Shown here: piece by piece, positions 1 to 8,624 of the stretch
How the letters are laid out: each line of letters opens with the position of its first letter
Position numbering within the stretch: the first letter of the stretch is position 1
DNA from: an uncultured Candidatus Saccharibacteria bacterium
GTDB taxonomy: Bacteria; Patescibacteriota; Minisyncoccia; Phycocordibacterales; UBA2100
Assembly: GCA_964434285.1 (NCBI GenBank)
Contig: CAYSUJ010000001.1
Coordinates: 168,703-232,702 of the forward strand
DNA: 64,000 bases
Direction: 5' to 3'
Position numbers and translations under genes: made by a program
Notes under the pieces: model-generated
Told to the model about the DNA's origin: nothing
The model's database searches: none
What the model saw: the letters and a program-made list of their open reading frames with translations, nothing else

Positions 1-854
1 GTGAGTAATTGCAGCGGCGTTCTCAGCTGCAACCCAAAATGATGTCGCTTCTCATTGTAGTGCTTCAGATACGTAGGTAAGGCACGATTGATGGTAGTGA
101 GATCAACCGGCAGTCCATCAAGCAGCTCCTCTCGGAGTGTTCGGTTGAACCGTTCCACATGTGCATTGTCGTTACTTTGTCTCACACGGGAGTGTCGATG
201 ACGTATCTGCACTCGCTCGGTGAAGTGGGTACTCCACTCGCTGCCGTTGTCGGTCTGAATACACTCAAACAAGAATGGAGCAGCTACCTGAGATCTCTTC
301 ACGAACAGAAGTCCCGTCCGTGTATTCGCCCGTCTCGAGCACCACGCATACGCCCAGCGTGAGTGCACATCAATCAGCGTGAACACATACAAGACAGTCT
401 TTCCGTGTACGGCAAGATGCACCGTATCAGCCTGCGCCAGAGCGCCAGGATGGTCAGCGAAGGGACGAGGCGAGGGTGCGTGATATCGCTTCCAAGGAGA
501 CCGTTTCTTCAAGAGTCCATGTCGATCAAGGGTACGCTTCACCGAGGGAAGAGAGACCGCAACACCGTCTTCACCGAGTGCACGATGGACGACTTCCGCA
601 GAGCGTTTGAGCGCCAGTCGCTTTGCAACGATTGTCCGAACCAAAGTATGTGGCAACTGATGCGGATGTGACCGTGGCTTCGACGAGAGTGTGAGAATCG
701 GTCGGATACCATATCGATCAAGCTTCTGTTTCCACAGACTCACCGCACCAATCGAGAATCCGAAGTGTCGGGCTGCTTTCCGAACACCATGTTTCTTTGC
801 AAACAATGCCACGTCCCGACGAATACGGGGTATCTTAGGGTTAGTTGTGTACAT
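1..854 (-). mobile_element. IS481-family DDE transposase (3' end runs off window start; absent from ORF track)
   Basis: Manual translation from ATG at 854: MYTTNPKIPRIRRDVALFAKKHGVRKAARHFGFS (HTH)...QADTVH...TLIDVHSRW...IQTDNGSEW...NAHVERFNRTLREE...YNEKRHHFGL, a single-ORF rve integrase core. Confidence 0.88.
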
Positions 855-986
855 GCCTCAAAGAATACGTGAGGTGTTCACGAGCTATTGAACCATTACG
901 CGTAATTTGACATCATTAATTTGCCGTGTTACAAAGCGTTCCAGTTATGTATGTATCGTGTGCATGCGTTTTGCTAGGAGGCACAC

Positions 987-1295
987 ATGACCTTCACGTT
1001 CTCACCGAAAGTACTACGCGTTGACTGCGCCGAAGTGGAAGTACTCTTGCCGGTTTCCGGCACAGCGATCACCTTCCGCTGCGGGTCGCGCGATCTGCCA
1101 ATCGCCGCGAACCTTGTCCAGGTTACCTGCATGCAGAACAAATGCGTGCTGTGGGAGCCGATAGACGTTTCGCGTGGGCAATGGCTTTCCGCGCGTTCTG
1201 TCGGAGCACATGCAATCGCGGAACATCGGCGCGAGTACGCCGAGCGAGCAAAAAAACGACTCCTACCGTTTCAGTTCTCGTTCCGATTTCAGTGA
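987..1295 (+). CDS. hypothetical protein (102 aa)
   Basis: AGGAGG Shine-Dalgarno just upstream of ATG and TTGACA further upstream; no recognisable domain. Confidence 0.5.
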   Translation: MTFTFSPKVLRVDCAEVEVLLPVSGTAITFRCGSRDLPIAANLVQVTCMQNKCVLWEPIDVSRGQWLSARSVGAHAIAEHRREYAERAKKRLLPFQFSFRFQ

Positions 1296-1421
1296 AGAGT
1301 ATGGGCGCGGTTGTATAAGTCCGCTCCTTGTTCATTATGTGAATAACTCGTTTCTCGCTCTTGTCATATCGAAAAACGGGGGTAGGATACGCGAATCCCT
1401 GGAAACAAAGGAGATTGATAG

Positions 1422-1595
1422 ATGATCGACGTGTTTACGAGCGCCCGCCTACTTGTGTTGAAGGCACAAGCTGCGGGAAATGTAGCCAAAGATTCTCTCG
1501 TGGGCGAAATCGGTCCCGAAGAAGATTCAATCGGCGGTCTTCTTGCCGATGACGAAAGCTCGAAGGACGAGCGATCGCCCAAGGAGGACGACTAA
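1422..1595 (+). CDS. small acidic hypothetical protein (57 aa, below ORF-track cutoff)
   Basis: AAGGAG SD before ATG; MIDVFTSARLL...EEDSIGGLLADDESSKDERSPKEDD; followed by hairpin ggggcgctcg/cgagcgcccc. Confidence 0.5.
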   Translation: MIDVFTSARLLVLKAQAAGNVAKDSLVGEIGPEEDSIGGLLADDESSKDERSPKEDD

Positions 1596-1631
1596 CGATG
1601 GGGCGCTCGCGCAGACGAGCGCCCCTTCCCT

Positions 1632-2807
1632 TTACAATGTCCGGGCGGCTCGACGAGCCATCACAATTGACACCACAGACGCAACGCCGGCGAGAGCGAG
1701 TGTTAGAGCAAGCGCGCCCATCCCTGAAAGGGGGATGAGTATCATACACACGAGACAGGAAAATATGCGTCCAATATGAAGCGCCATTTCTTTAAGAGCA
1801 GTGTATTCATCTATAAAATGACCGCTATCAGCAGCTTGTTCCCCTGCACTTTCGTCTACGCCAAAGCGCTTGGGGGAAATGGTCGTATGAGCAAACACGT
1901 TTGCTGCGAGAATTGCTGCAGGTGCGGGTGCGGCAAGGCGTGCGACCCATGCGCCAAGCACAAGGAGAGAAAAGAGTGTCTCTGACCGTTCCGCTCGCAA
2001 ACGCTTGAGAACGCGCTGTATGTGACTCCTCAACAAGTACGTGAACAGTAATGAAAGTGAAAAAATGAGGCCAAACAAAAACCAATCCGCCCGTACGATG
2101 ATGAATATGACGAGGGGCCACACGAAGAGAAGCGCAGCGCCCTGGATACCGTCAAGAATTCCGCTCATGAGGATGGAGCGATGCCTCGGTTCGAAAAGCG
2201 CTCCTACCGTTTCTGTAACACTCCATTCAAATGCTTCAACGCGCTCCGGGACACGGATGAGGGAAACGAGCGCTATGAGCGCACATATCGCAGCCCCGAT
2301 GAATACTAACGAGCCCGCACCGGGAGTCGTGATAAGGACTCCCGAGACCAACGGCACGCCCATCAGAGCGAGCTCAGGTATCTGGACGCGTTCTGCAGCG
2401 GGTATAACACTCTCATACGGGATCCAATATAGTGCCCGCTGCAGCGCGGTGAAAACGACAAAGAGCGAAAGCAACGTGAAGAATGTAAAAGGAACTCCCG
2501 GGATAAACATGAGCGCAACTATGACAGCAACAAAAATCGCGCACAGGGTGCCAAATGCGAGCGCACGGCGCACACCAAACCGGAGCGCTGGAGCTGTAAG
2601 AGGCGTGAGAAAAAAAGCTAGCACTTGCGCTGATGTATACAGGATGAGCACTGAAAAAAGTGCGTGCTCAAAACCGTATGAAAAAAGGAACACTTGAAAA
2701 ATGAGCAGCCACGCAAAAATTGAAGTTCCCTGAGCGCCGCGCATGAACATGCGATGGGTGCGAAGCGCACGCGCTCCATCGGGAGTCGCGAGTAATCCCA
2801 TACACAT
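1632..2807 (-). CDS. MFS-like multi-pass membrane protein
   Basis: 391 aa with about 12 hydrophobic segments; RFGVRR loop motif. Confidence 0.7.
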   Translation of the reverse strand: MCMGLLATPDGARALRTHRMFMRGAQGTSIFAWLLIFQVFLFSYGFEHALFSVLILYTSAQVLAFFLTPLTAPALRFGVRRALAFGTLCAIFVAVIVALMFIPGVPFTFFTLLSLFVVFTALQRALYWIPYESVIPAAERVQIPELALMGVPLVSGVLITTPGAGSLVFIGAAICALIALVSLIRVPERVEAFEWSVTETVGALFEPRHRSILMSGILDGIQGAALLFVWPLVIFIIVRADWFLFGLIFSLSLLFTYLLRSHIQRVLKRLRAERSETLFSLLVLGAWVARLAAPAPAAILAANVFAHTTISPKRFGVDESAGEQAADSGHFIDEYTALKEMALHIGRIFSCLVCMILIPLSGMGALALTLALAGVASVVSIVMARRAARTL

Positions 2808-2810
2808 CAG

Positions 2811-3164
2811 TTACGACGTTTTCCGAAAAAGCATAGTGTAGGCGAGCGGGAAGACCACAATGAGCGCATATCCGGCCCACACGCTCCATGAGGTATAAAG
2901 AGCCCATCCTGAGAACGGAACGAGATACACCATATCAAGGCCAATAGCTACAGCGGCCCACACGAGCGCGTGACCCACGAGATCTTTCGTATCAGAAAAA
3001 TGCATCGCGCGAGCGGCAATAATAGTGACAAGGGCAAGAATGAAAAGACGCGCGAGCAGAGACACTATGCCAAGTGAAAGACCATAAATCACCATACCTG
3101 ACCACGCAAGATACATGACCGCATATATAACTACTCCCCAACCAAGCGCTCGCCAGATGTGCAT
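2811..3164 (-). CDS. small integral membrane protein
   Basis: 4 hydrophobic segments; TATACT directly upstream of ATG. Confidence 0.75.
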   Translation of the reverse strand: MHIWRALGWGVVIYAVMYLAWSGMVIYGLSLGIVSLLARLFILALVTIIAARAMHFSDTKDLVGHALVWAAVAIGLDMVYLVPFSGWALYTSWSVWAGYALIVVFPLAYTMLFRKTS

Positions 3165-3213
3165 ACAGTAAGTATACGCGAAAAGTGTTCAACCATTCCT
3201 TACTTATGTGGAT

Positions 3214-3246
3214 AGCACAAACCCGCCACGAGGGCGGGTTTGTGCG
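3214..3246 (-). terminator. intrinsic terminator-like hairpin
   Basis: gcacaaacccgcc-acgag-ggcgggtttgtgc just downstream of the RRM gene. Confidence 0.65.
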
Positions 3247-3263
3247 GGATGCAAAAGCCGGAG

Positions 3264-3587
3264 TTACCAGCTATTGCGTCGGTTGCCACCACCCCAGTCG
3301 CCACCACCACCTCCGCGGAAATCGCGGCGTGGTCGTTCTTCCATAGGGCGCGCTTCGTTCACGGTGAGAGAACGTCCACCGAAGTCCTTGCCATTCCACA
3401 TGTCAATTGCCTTCTGTGCATCCTCGTCATTCGCGAACTCAACAAAGCCAAAACCTTTCGAGCGGCCAGTCATCTTGTCCATGATGATGATGGCCGACGA
3501 AACGTCTCCAGCCTGGGCAAAAGCATCCTTCAGCTCGTTATCCGTAGTTGAATACGGAAGACCGCCGACATAGAGTTTCTTTGCCAT
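3264..3587 (-). CDS. RRM (RNP-1) RNA-binding protein with Gly-rich tail
   Basis: RNP2 LYVGGL and RNP1 KGFGFVEF. Confidence 0.95.
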   Translation of the reverse strand: MAKKLYVGGLPYSTTDNELKDAFAQAGDVSSAIIIMDKMTGRSKGFGFVEFANDEDAQKAIDMWNGKDFGGRSLTVNEARPMEERPRRDFRGGGGGDWGGGNRRNSW

Positions 3588-3800
3588 GTATCGTCGCTTG
3601 TTTTTATATCAAATGTAACCCGACCTTCTCCACAACCCCTGCGACGGCTACTGCCCTGCACCGGATGGAAAAACGTACATTCCCCGGCAGTATAGGATGA
3701 AATGCCAAAAGAGCAAGGAAAGGAGGTGTACATATGTGATGCTTGCTTTTAAAAGTAAATCATGTTGTGATTGTATTCGGTCAACCAAAAGGAGGCTCCC

Positions 3801-3977
3801 ATGGCCAGGCGGACCAAGGACGATCTTATAAATGAAATTGTCGAGGCGCTCGCAAAGATCCGCGAAACGCTGACAGAAGAAGAGGAGGGAGTCTGGGATG
3901 AAGCCGTGACTGAAGCTGCCTCCGACGAAGTCGACGGAGGTCTTGTCCGCCCGGACAGGCATCCTTATGACGACTGA
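3801..3977 (+). CDS. small acidic hypothetical protein (58 aa)
   Basis: AAGGAGG SD before ATG 3801 (MARRTKDDLINEIVE...); downstream hairpin ccggcgc/gcgccgg. Confidence 0.55.
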   Translation: MARRTKDDLINEIVEALAKIRETLTEEEEGVWDEAVTEAASDEVDGGLVRPDRHPYDD

Positions 3978-4412
3978 CCTCCCCTCTTTAGACCGGCGCG
4001 CATGCGCCGGTATTGTTTGTGGGTCACAAATATTTTACTAACTGTGGAGATTGTACCGCAGAGTTCGAAGGAATTTTCAGATGCCTCCGATCTGATGCGT
4101 ACGCGCGGAGCGCGTGCTGGCTTTGACCCAACGAGGTACGCTTCTACTGCGCTGAAGCACCGCCCGCCGCGGTAAGCGGAGGCAACCCCAGGGATCCGCT
4201 TCTTGCATTCCTGATTCGGCGGGGTGAATTCAAAATGCATTTTCAATAAAGAAAGGTGAATCCGTGGGGTTCTGCCTTTGAGGCAGGGGGGGGGGCGAGG
4301 ATGCAAAAAGAACAAATCGCCTCAAGTCTCAAGAAATGAGGCGATTTGACAGATGATTTATAATTTTCTTGTGTACCGTCCCTCCAAGAGGTCCATGATG
4401 CCCTTGTATTCG

Positions 4413-4746
4413 AGTGAATATACCGAGCGCAAGAACAAACTGACCTCCGAAAAGCGGACGCTGGACGCTGGAGGAGGAATTGAGAGATTTTGAACGAAAA
4501 GGCACGCAATGGCTCGAACTCATGCGTAATTGGATTTTAGAGGCCAATCAAGCCAAAAAATTGTCGCAGGGAGACAATTTTGACGAAATGCGAAATTTCC
4601 TTCAAGGCATCGGCTCGAACCGCCGCATAGCGACGGGGATTCTCATGGGGGAATTCAAAATGCCGTGGCATTTCCTTGCGGAAATGCCCGTCCATGCGCG
4701 CGGCCCTGCCGCGCGCGGGTTGCGTTCTTCGTCAAATCAAATTTAG
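4413..4746 (+). pseudogene. C-terminal remnant of a large serine recombinase abutting the tRNA-Ala 3' end
   Basis: EYTERKNKLTSEKRTL, then a duplicated gacgctg shifting frame, then EEELRDFERKGTQWLELMRNWILEANQAKKL...FLQGIGSNRRI. Resembles coiled-coil tails of tRNA-adjacent recombinases; no catalytic domain left. Confidence 0.6.
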
Positions 4747-4819
4747 TGGACCGTACCGGGATCGAACCGGTTGCCTCATCCATGCCATGGATGCGCTCTA
4801 CCAAGTGAGCTAACGGCCC
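4747..4819 (-). tRNA. tRNA-Ala(GGC)
   Basis: GGGCCGTTAGCTCACTTGGTAGAGCGCATCC-ATGGCAT-GGATG...GTTCGATCC...ACGGTCCA; G3:U70 pair; CCA not encoded. Confidence 0.95.
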
Positions 4820-4830
4820 GCGGCGATATT

Positions 4831-5304
4831 TTACATCACCTCAATAAGCGTTTCCATGCTGGGTGGGGACGAAAGACATTGAGAGAGTTGAGGTGTCTGC
4901 GACCAACCACACTTTCCATCAGCTTGCGGTTCGCACGAGGCCTCTTTGTAGCATGTATATTCCGCACGGTATTCGCACGTCGTCACGACATTCGCCGCCT
5001 CATCGGCAGAAACGCAGAGCTGACCCGAGCATCCAGCGATCGCACACCCATTGGATGTAATACCCCCTTCCGATGGAAGAGGCGCGACAATCTCTTCAAC
5101 GAATAAGCGTCCATCGGCGCCGCGGCATTGGCGCGGATACGATTCCATGACCGGATTCCCTGCTGCTGCACATTCCTCAAAATTGCTGATGACGGGTTCC
5201 GGCATTGATGGTTGCATCTTCGGAGCAACAGCATAGACCCACATTGCGAGGACGACGAAAATTCCCGCGACAAGAAGGAGACCGAGCGCCTTCAGAAGCT
5301 GCAT
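4831..5304 (-). CDS. membrane-anchored Cys-rich protein (eight-cysteine-cluster-like domain)
   Basis: N-terminal TM, NFEECAAAGNPVMESYPRQC module, then GCSGQLC...TTCEY...CY...C...CGW...C. Confidence 0.7.
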   Translation of the reverse strand: MQLLKALGLLLVAGIFVVLAMWVYAVAPKMQPSMPEPVISNFEECAAAGNPVMESYPRQCRGADGRLFVEEIVAPLPSEGGITSNGCAIAGCSGQLCVSADEAANVVTTCEYRAEYTCYKEASCEPQADGKCGWSQTPQLSQCLSSPPSMETLIEVM

Positions 5305-5333
5305 AGGCTGAGTATACAACACCGAAGCATCCA

Positions 5334-5819
5334 TCAGTTCATCATCCAAAGCGTGTAGTTCAGAAACGATGCAAATGACACCCACGCAATATAAGGAACG
5401 AGGAGGATGCCGAGCCAGATTTTTACCTTACCGAACTCATACATAGTTTTCGCAATCGAGAGCGACATGAGGCCGATGACGACGAGCGCGAGACCGAGGT
5501 TTTGCGCCCCAAAGAAGATCGGCGACCAGATGGCGTTCAGAAAAAGCTGTGTCCAATACCAATTCATGCCACGGGAAGCATGTGTCTTGTTGAAACGCTC
5601 CTCCCAGACGAAGAACGCCGCGACACCCATAAGCGTGTAGAGCGTCGTCCACACCGGGCCAAATACCCAATTCGGCGGTGCGAACGATGGTTTCGCTAGG
5701 GAGGCGTACCACGTCGGAATCGCATCAAACGTAAAAATGGTACCAATTAATCCGGCAGCCTGGGCGATCAAGACGAATACGACAAGGTACATCAACCGAC
5801 GACAATTCCAGTGGTTCAT
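5334..5819 (-). CDS. tspO: TspO/MBR tryptophan-rich sensory protein
   Basis: WYASLAKPSFAPPNWVFGPVWTTLY, LNAIWSPIFF, LVPYIAWVSFA. Confidence 0.93.
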   Translation of the reverse strand: MNHWNCRRLMYLVVFVLIAQAAGLIGTIFTFDAIPTWYASLAKPSFAPPNWVFGPVWTTLYTLMGVAAFFVWEERFNKTHASRGMNWYWTQLFLNAIWSPIFFGAQNLGLALVVIGLMSLSIAKTMYEFGKVKIWLGILLVPYIAWVSFASFLNYTLWMMN

Positions 5820-5971
5820 GCGGATAGTATACGTTATACTCACGCGACATTGAGCGGGCTGTAGTATACCGGTAGTACGCGTCCATGGGGTGGATGTAGA
5901 CCGAGTTCGATTCTCGGCAGCCCGAACGAGCTGTATGATTTTTTTGAAATATATGGTCAAGCACGCTAGAT

Positions 5972-6385
5972 TTGTTTCCGGAGAATTCATCCAGACGAAA
6001 GAAACCCGTCATGTTTGCAGATCTAGCAGTGTACAAGCTGTCTTTCTTCTTGGTCACTAGCATTTTCGGCGGTGCCTCCCTTAACCAGCCAGTAAAGTTA
6101 TTGATTGCCAAATCGTCAGTCCCTGTTTGGTCAGATGGACAGGAGCAAAATCTGACCGGCTGCGTACTAAACTACGCGAAGGTGATGGCTACTCTTCAGC
6201 GACGTTACGGTATAACTGACGTTCATGCGACATGCCAATTGTATGTGCCCGATTACTCTCCGACTTTCAATGACCGGGTAAAAGTCCATTGGGGACCAGC
6301 ACATAAAGCATACTCATACGAAGCTGTTATAGCCTCACTTATCTTCAAGATAAGGAACAGATTGCGACAAAAGTTTTGGCCCTAG
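5972..6385 (+). CDS. hypothetical protein (start uncertain, perhaps 6011)
   Basis: Only substantial ORF in the gap; followed by hairpin gagccccgca/tgcggggctc. Confidence 0.45.
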   Translation: MFPENSSRRKKPVMFADLAVYKLSFFLVTSIFGGASLNQPVKLLIAKSSVPVWSDGQEQNLTGCVLNYAKVMATLQRRYGITDVHATCQLYVPDYSPTFNDRVKVHWGPAHKAYSYEAVIASLIFKIRNRLRQKFWP

Positions 6386-6396
6386 GAAGATATCGA

Positions 6397-6421
6397 GAGC
6401 CCCGCAGAAAGTGCGGGGCTC
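6397..6421. terminator. hairpin between convergent genes
   Basis: gagccccgca-gaaag-tgcggggctc. Confidence 0.65.
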
Positions 6422-6442
6422 ATTTCTTAGCAAAGATTGGTC

Positions 6443-7813
6443 TTACCATCCAAATAACTTCCCCACATCTTCCGGCTGCTCTCGTTTACGGGCGAGCTTT
6501 ATTTCGCCATTACCCGCAATGAGCTTGGCAGGAGACGAAAGAAGACAATGATGCGAAGCTAGCGGATCTTGGTACGCTCCAGTATCGAGTATTGCGACAT
6601 ACAGCTCCTCAACGCTGCTGAGAGAAGGTAGCAAGATATGAGTTCCACCTGCTGTGTATTTATCGTCACTGTCGCACGAAGAACCGGCAAGCCATGTTTT
6701 TACAAATTTTCGCGCATGTAATGCATTCACAGGCACCACATGCCATTTCTGATGAATGGCCCATGAATCAATCAGGTCGTTCATGAAGGAGCCGTCAATA
6801 ACGTACCAAAGCTTGTCGCTCTTTGTTTCGATTGTTTTTTCTGCGAGAATTTTGTATATGGTCATTTGAGCAGGTGCGGCGACATAGCGCCCCCACTCAA
6901 CAATGAGGTTCGGATGTCGGAGTCCAAGTTTGTCGGAGTGCGCTTTTGCTGTTTTCACGATTCTCTGGATCAAGCTCTTTCCAACATAGAGTCGCTTTTT
7001 TTCATAGGGAACAGCTGCTCCTCCACCAATGTCTAACGTATCGAGTCCTGGATTTTTCTCCTTTAGTTTCTGGAAGAGCTTGAGCGCGCGCTTCAGCGGC
7101 TTTACGAAGCTCTCAACGGATTCCATCTGACTCGAGATATGGTAGTGAAGAATCGTAAGATTGCGCACCTTGCCGAGCCTGAGAAGCTCCTCTTCAGTAA
7201 AACCAAAACGGTTGAATTTCTTGTCCCAGTGGCTCTTTATTTTCACGTTAAGATTCACACGAATACCCACAGGACCGTCGAATTTTCTCATGCGTTCAAG
7301 CTCCACATAATCCTCGATAATTGGCACGATATTCAGACCTTTGCCGCGCAATTCCTCGATCAACTCCATATAATTAGGCGTCTTTGGCCCGTTGCAAGTG
7401 ACGCGAATCTTTGCGTTAAAACGCTCACTCTCGATCATCTTCTTTACAAGATACAGTTCATTCCGGCTCGAGACATCCAGATTTGCCCCTTCGGCAACAG
7501 CCGGGAGCACATACTCTTTATTCTGATTCACCTTCATTGGGTAGTGATAATAGAAACGGCCGCGATACCCAAGAATTTTGATATAGGCATTAAATGTTTC
7601 TATGAGATCACGCACACGATTCTCGATGATGGTTGGGAATACGATTTCGGTCGAAGTTCCGTATTTTTTGACTATGTTGAAGATGTTGTATTGGTAGTTC
7701 CCTTCGCGCACCACAAGCTCGCCATCGGGCGAGATGTCAAAATGTGCAGTATTAAATTCCTCGACCCCAAGTTTCCAGAATTTCTTGTGTCCGTTTTTTC
7801 GTTTTGTTGCTAT
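6443..7813 (-). CDS. PLP-dependent Orn/DAP/Arg decarboxylase family protein (arginine decarboxylase-like); start probably upstream of GTG 7714
   Basis: YPMKVN (PLP lysine), NGPK, RFG, HYHISSQ, DIGGG, EWGRY, SCDSDD, GAYQ motifs; frame stays open to 7834. Confidence 0.85.
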   Translation of the reverse strand: MATKRKNGHKKFWKLGVEEFNTAHFDISPDGELVVREGNYQYNIFNIVKKYGTSTEIVFPTIIENRVRDLIETFNAYIKILGYRGRFYYHYPMKVNQNKEYVLPAVAEGANLDVSSRNELYLVKKMIESERFNAKIRVTCNGPKTPNYMELIEELRGKGLNIVPIIEDYVELERMRKFDGPVGIRVNLNVKIKSHWDKKFNRFGFTEEELLRLGKVRNLTILHYHISSQMESVESFVKPLKRALKLFQKLKEKNPGLDTLDIGGGAAVPYEKKRLYVGKSLIQRIVKTAKAHSDKLGLRHPNLIVEWGRYVAAPAQMTIYKILAEKTIETKSDKLWYVIDGSFMNDLIDSWAIHQKWHVVPVNALHARKFVKTWLAGSSCDSDDKYTAGGTHILLPSLSSVEELYVAILDTGAYQDPLASHHCLLSSPAKLIAGNGEIKLARKREQPEDVGKLFGW

Positions 7814-7989
7814 AAGCCGTTGGTCTATTTTGAATTATACGTACAAGAAGCCTTGCGGTCACAGATATTTTTCTCGTCGTCACTCGAAAAATTCCGCGAC
7901 CCCGCCTCGCGGTTCCGCCCGCTGGCGGAACATCGCTCCGGCTTGCACCGCGCGCTCAAACTGCTGAAGGGCAGTTTTCGCGTCGGCGG

Positions 7990-8063
7990 TGCACCTTTCA
8001 GGATTTGAACCTGAGGCCTTTCGAATGTGAATCGAACGCTCTAACCAACTGAGCTAAAGGTGC
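7990..8063 (-). tRNA. tRNA-Val(CAC)
   Basis: GCACCTTTAGCTCAGTTGGTTAGAGCG-TTCGA-TTCACAT-TCGAA...GGTTCAAATCC...AAGGTGCA. Confidence 0.93.
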
Positions 8064-8101
8064 GTCGGGTGATTATGCAACCAAAGACGAATTCGTACAA
8101 T

Positions 8102-8572
8102 CTACTTCACCCCCACAATCTTATACTTCTGCGCACCTTTTGGCGTTTCAAACGTAAATGCATCCCCCTTCTTTTTGCCCATAAGGGCGGAGCCGAGCGG
8201 TGAGAGGTGGGAAATTTTTTTTTCCTGCATATTGGCTTCGGCACTCCCCACAATCTCGTAAGTGTGCTCCTCTTTCTCCCCCACCTTCTGAATAACCACC
8301 TGCGAGCCAAGGGAAACGGTCGATCCCTTCGTGTGTTCGATGATGCGTGCGCGGGAGAGCTCTGTCTCCACGGCGCGAATACGATCCTCTGTAGCAGCCT
8401 GAAGATTTCGCGCTTCCTCGTATTCAGCATTTTCGGAAAGGTCGCCAAGCGAGCGCGCGTATTCAAGCTGCTCCGCAATCTCGCGGCGACGTACGGTCTT
8501 TAAATGTTCGAGCTCTTCGGAGAGCTCGTCGAATTTCTCTTGCGAGAGATAGGTGTTTTGGTCGGCGATCAT
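8102..8572 (-). CDS. greA: transcription elongation factor GreA
   Basis: GDLSENAEY and ISHLSPLGSALMGK. Confidence 0.96.
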   Translation of the reverse strand: MIADQNTYLSQEKFDELSEELEHLKTVRRREIAEQLEYARSLGDLSENAEYEEARNLQAATEDRIRAVETELSRARIIEHTKGSTVSLGSQVVIQKVGEKEEHTYEIVGSAEANMQEKKISHLSPLGSALMGKKKGDAFTFETPKGAQKYKIVGVK

Positions 8573-8624
8573 ATGATGCGTCGAGTACGGGGGTATTGTA
8601 CCCTGTCCGTTCAGAAACAACAAG

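Noticed and set aside
159-891. Plus-strand ORFs of 66-102 aa
   Set aside because: Antisense shadows of the IS481 transposase.
7139-8008. 289-aa plus-strand ORF (and similar long ORFs at 9910, 22208, 33926, 55700)
   Set aside because: Antisense or alternate-frame shadows of well-supported genes, with no motifs.
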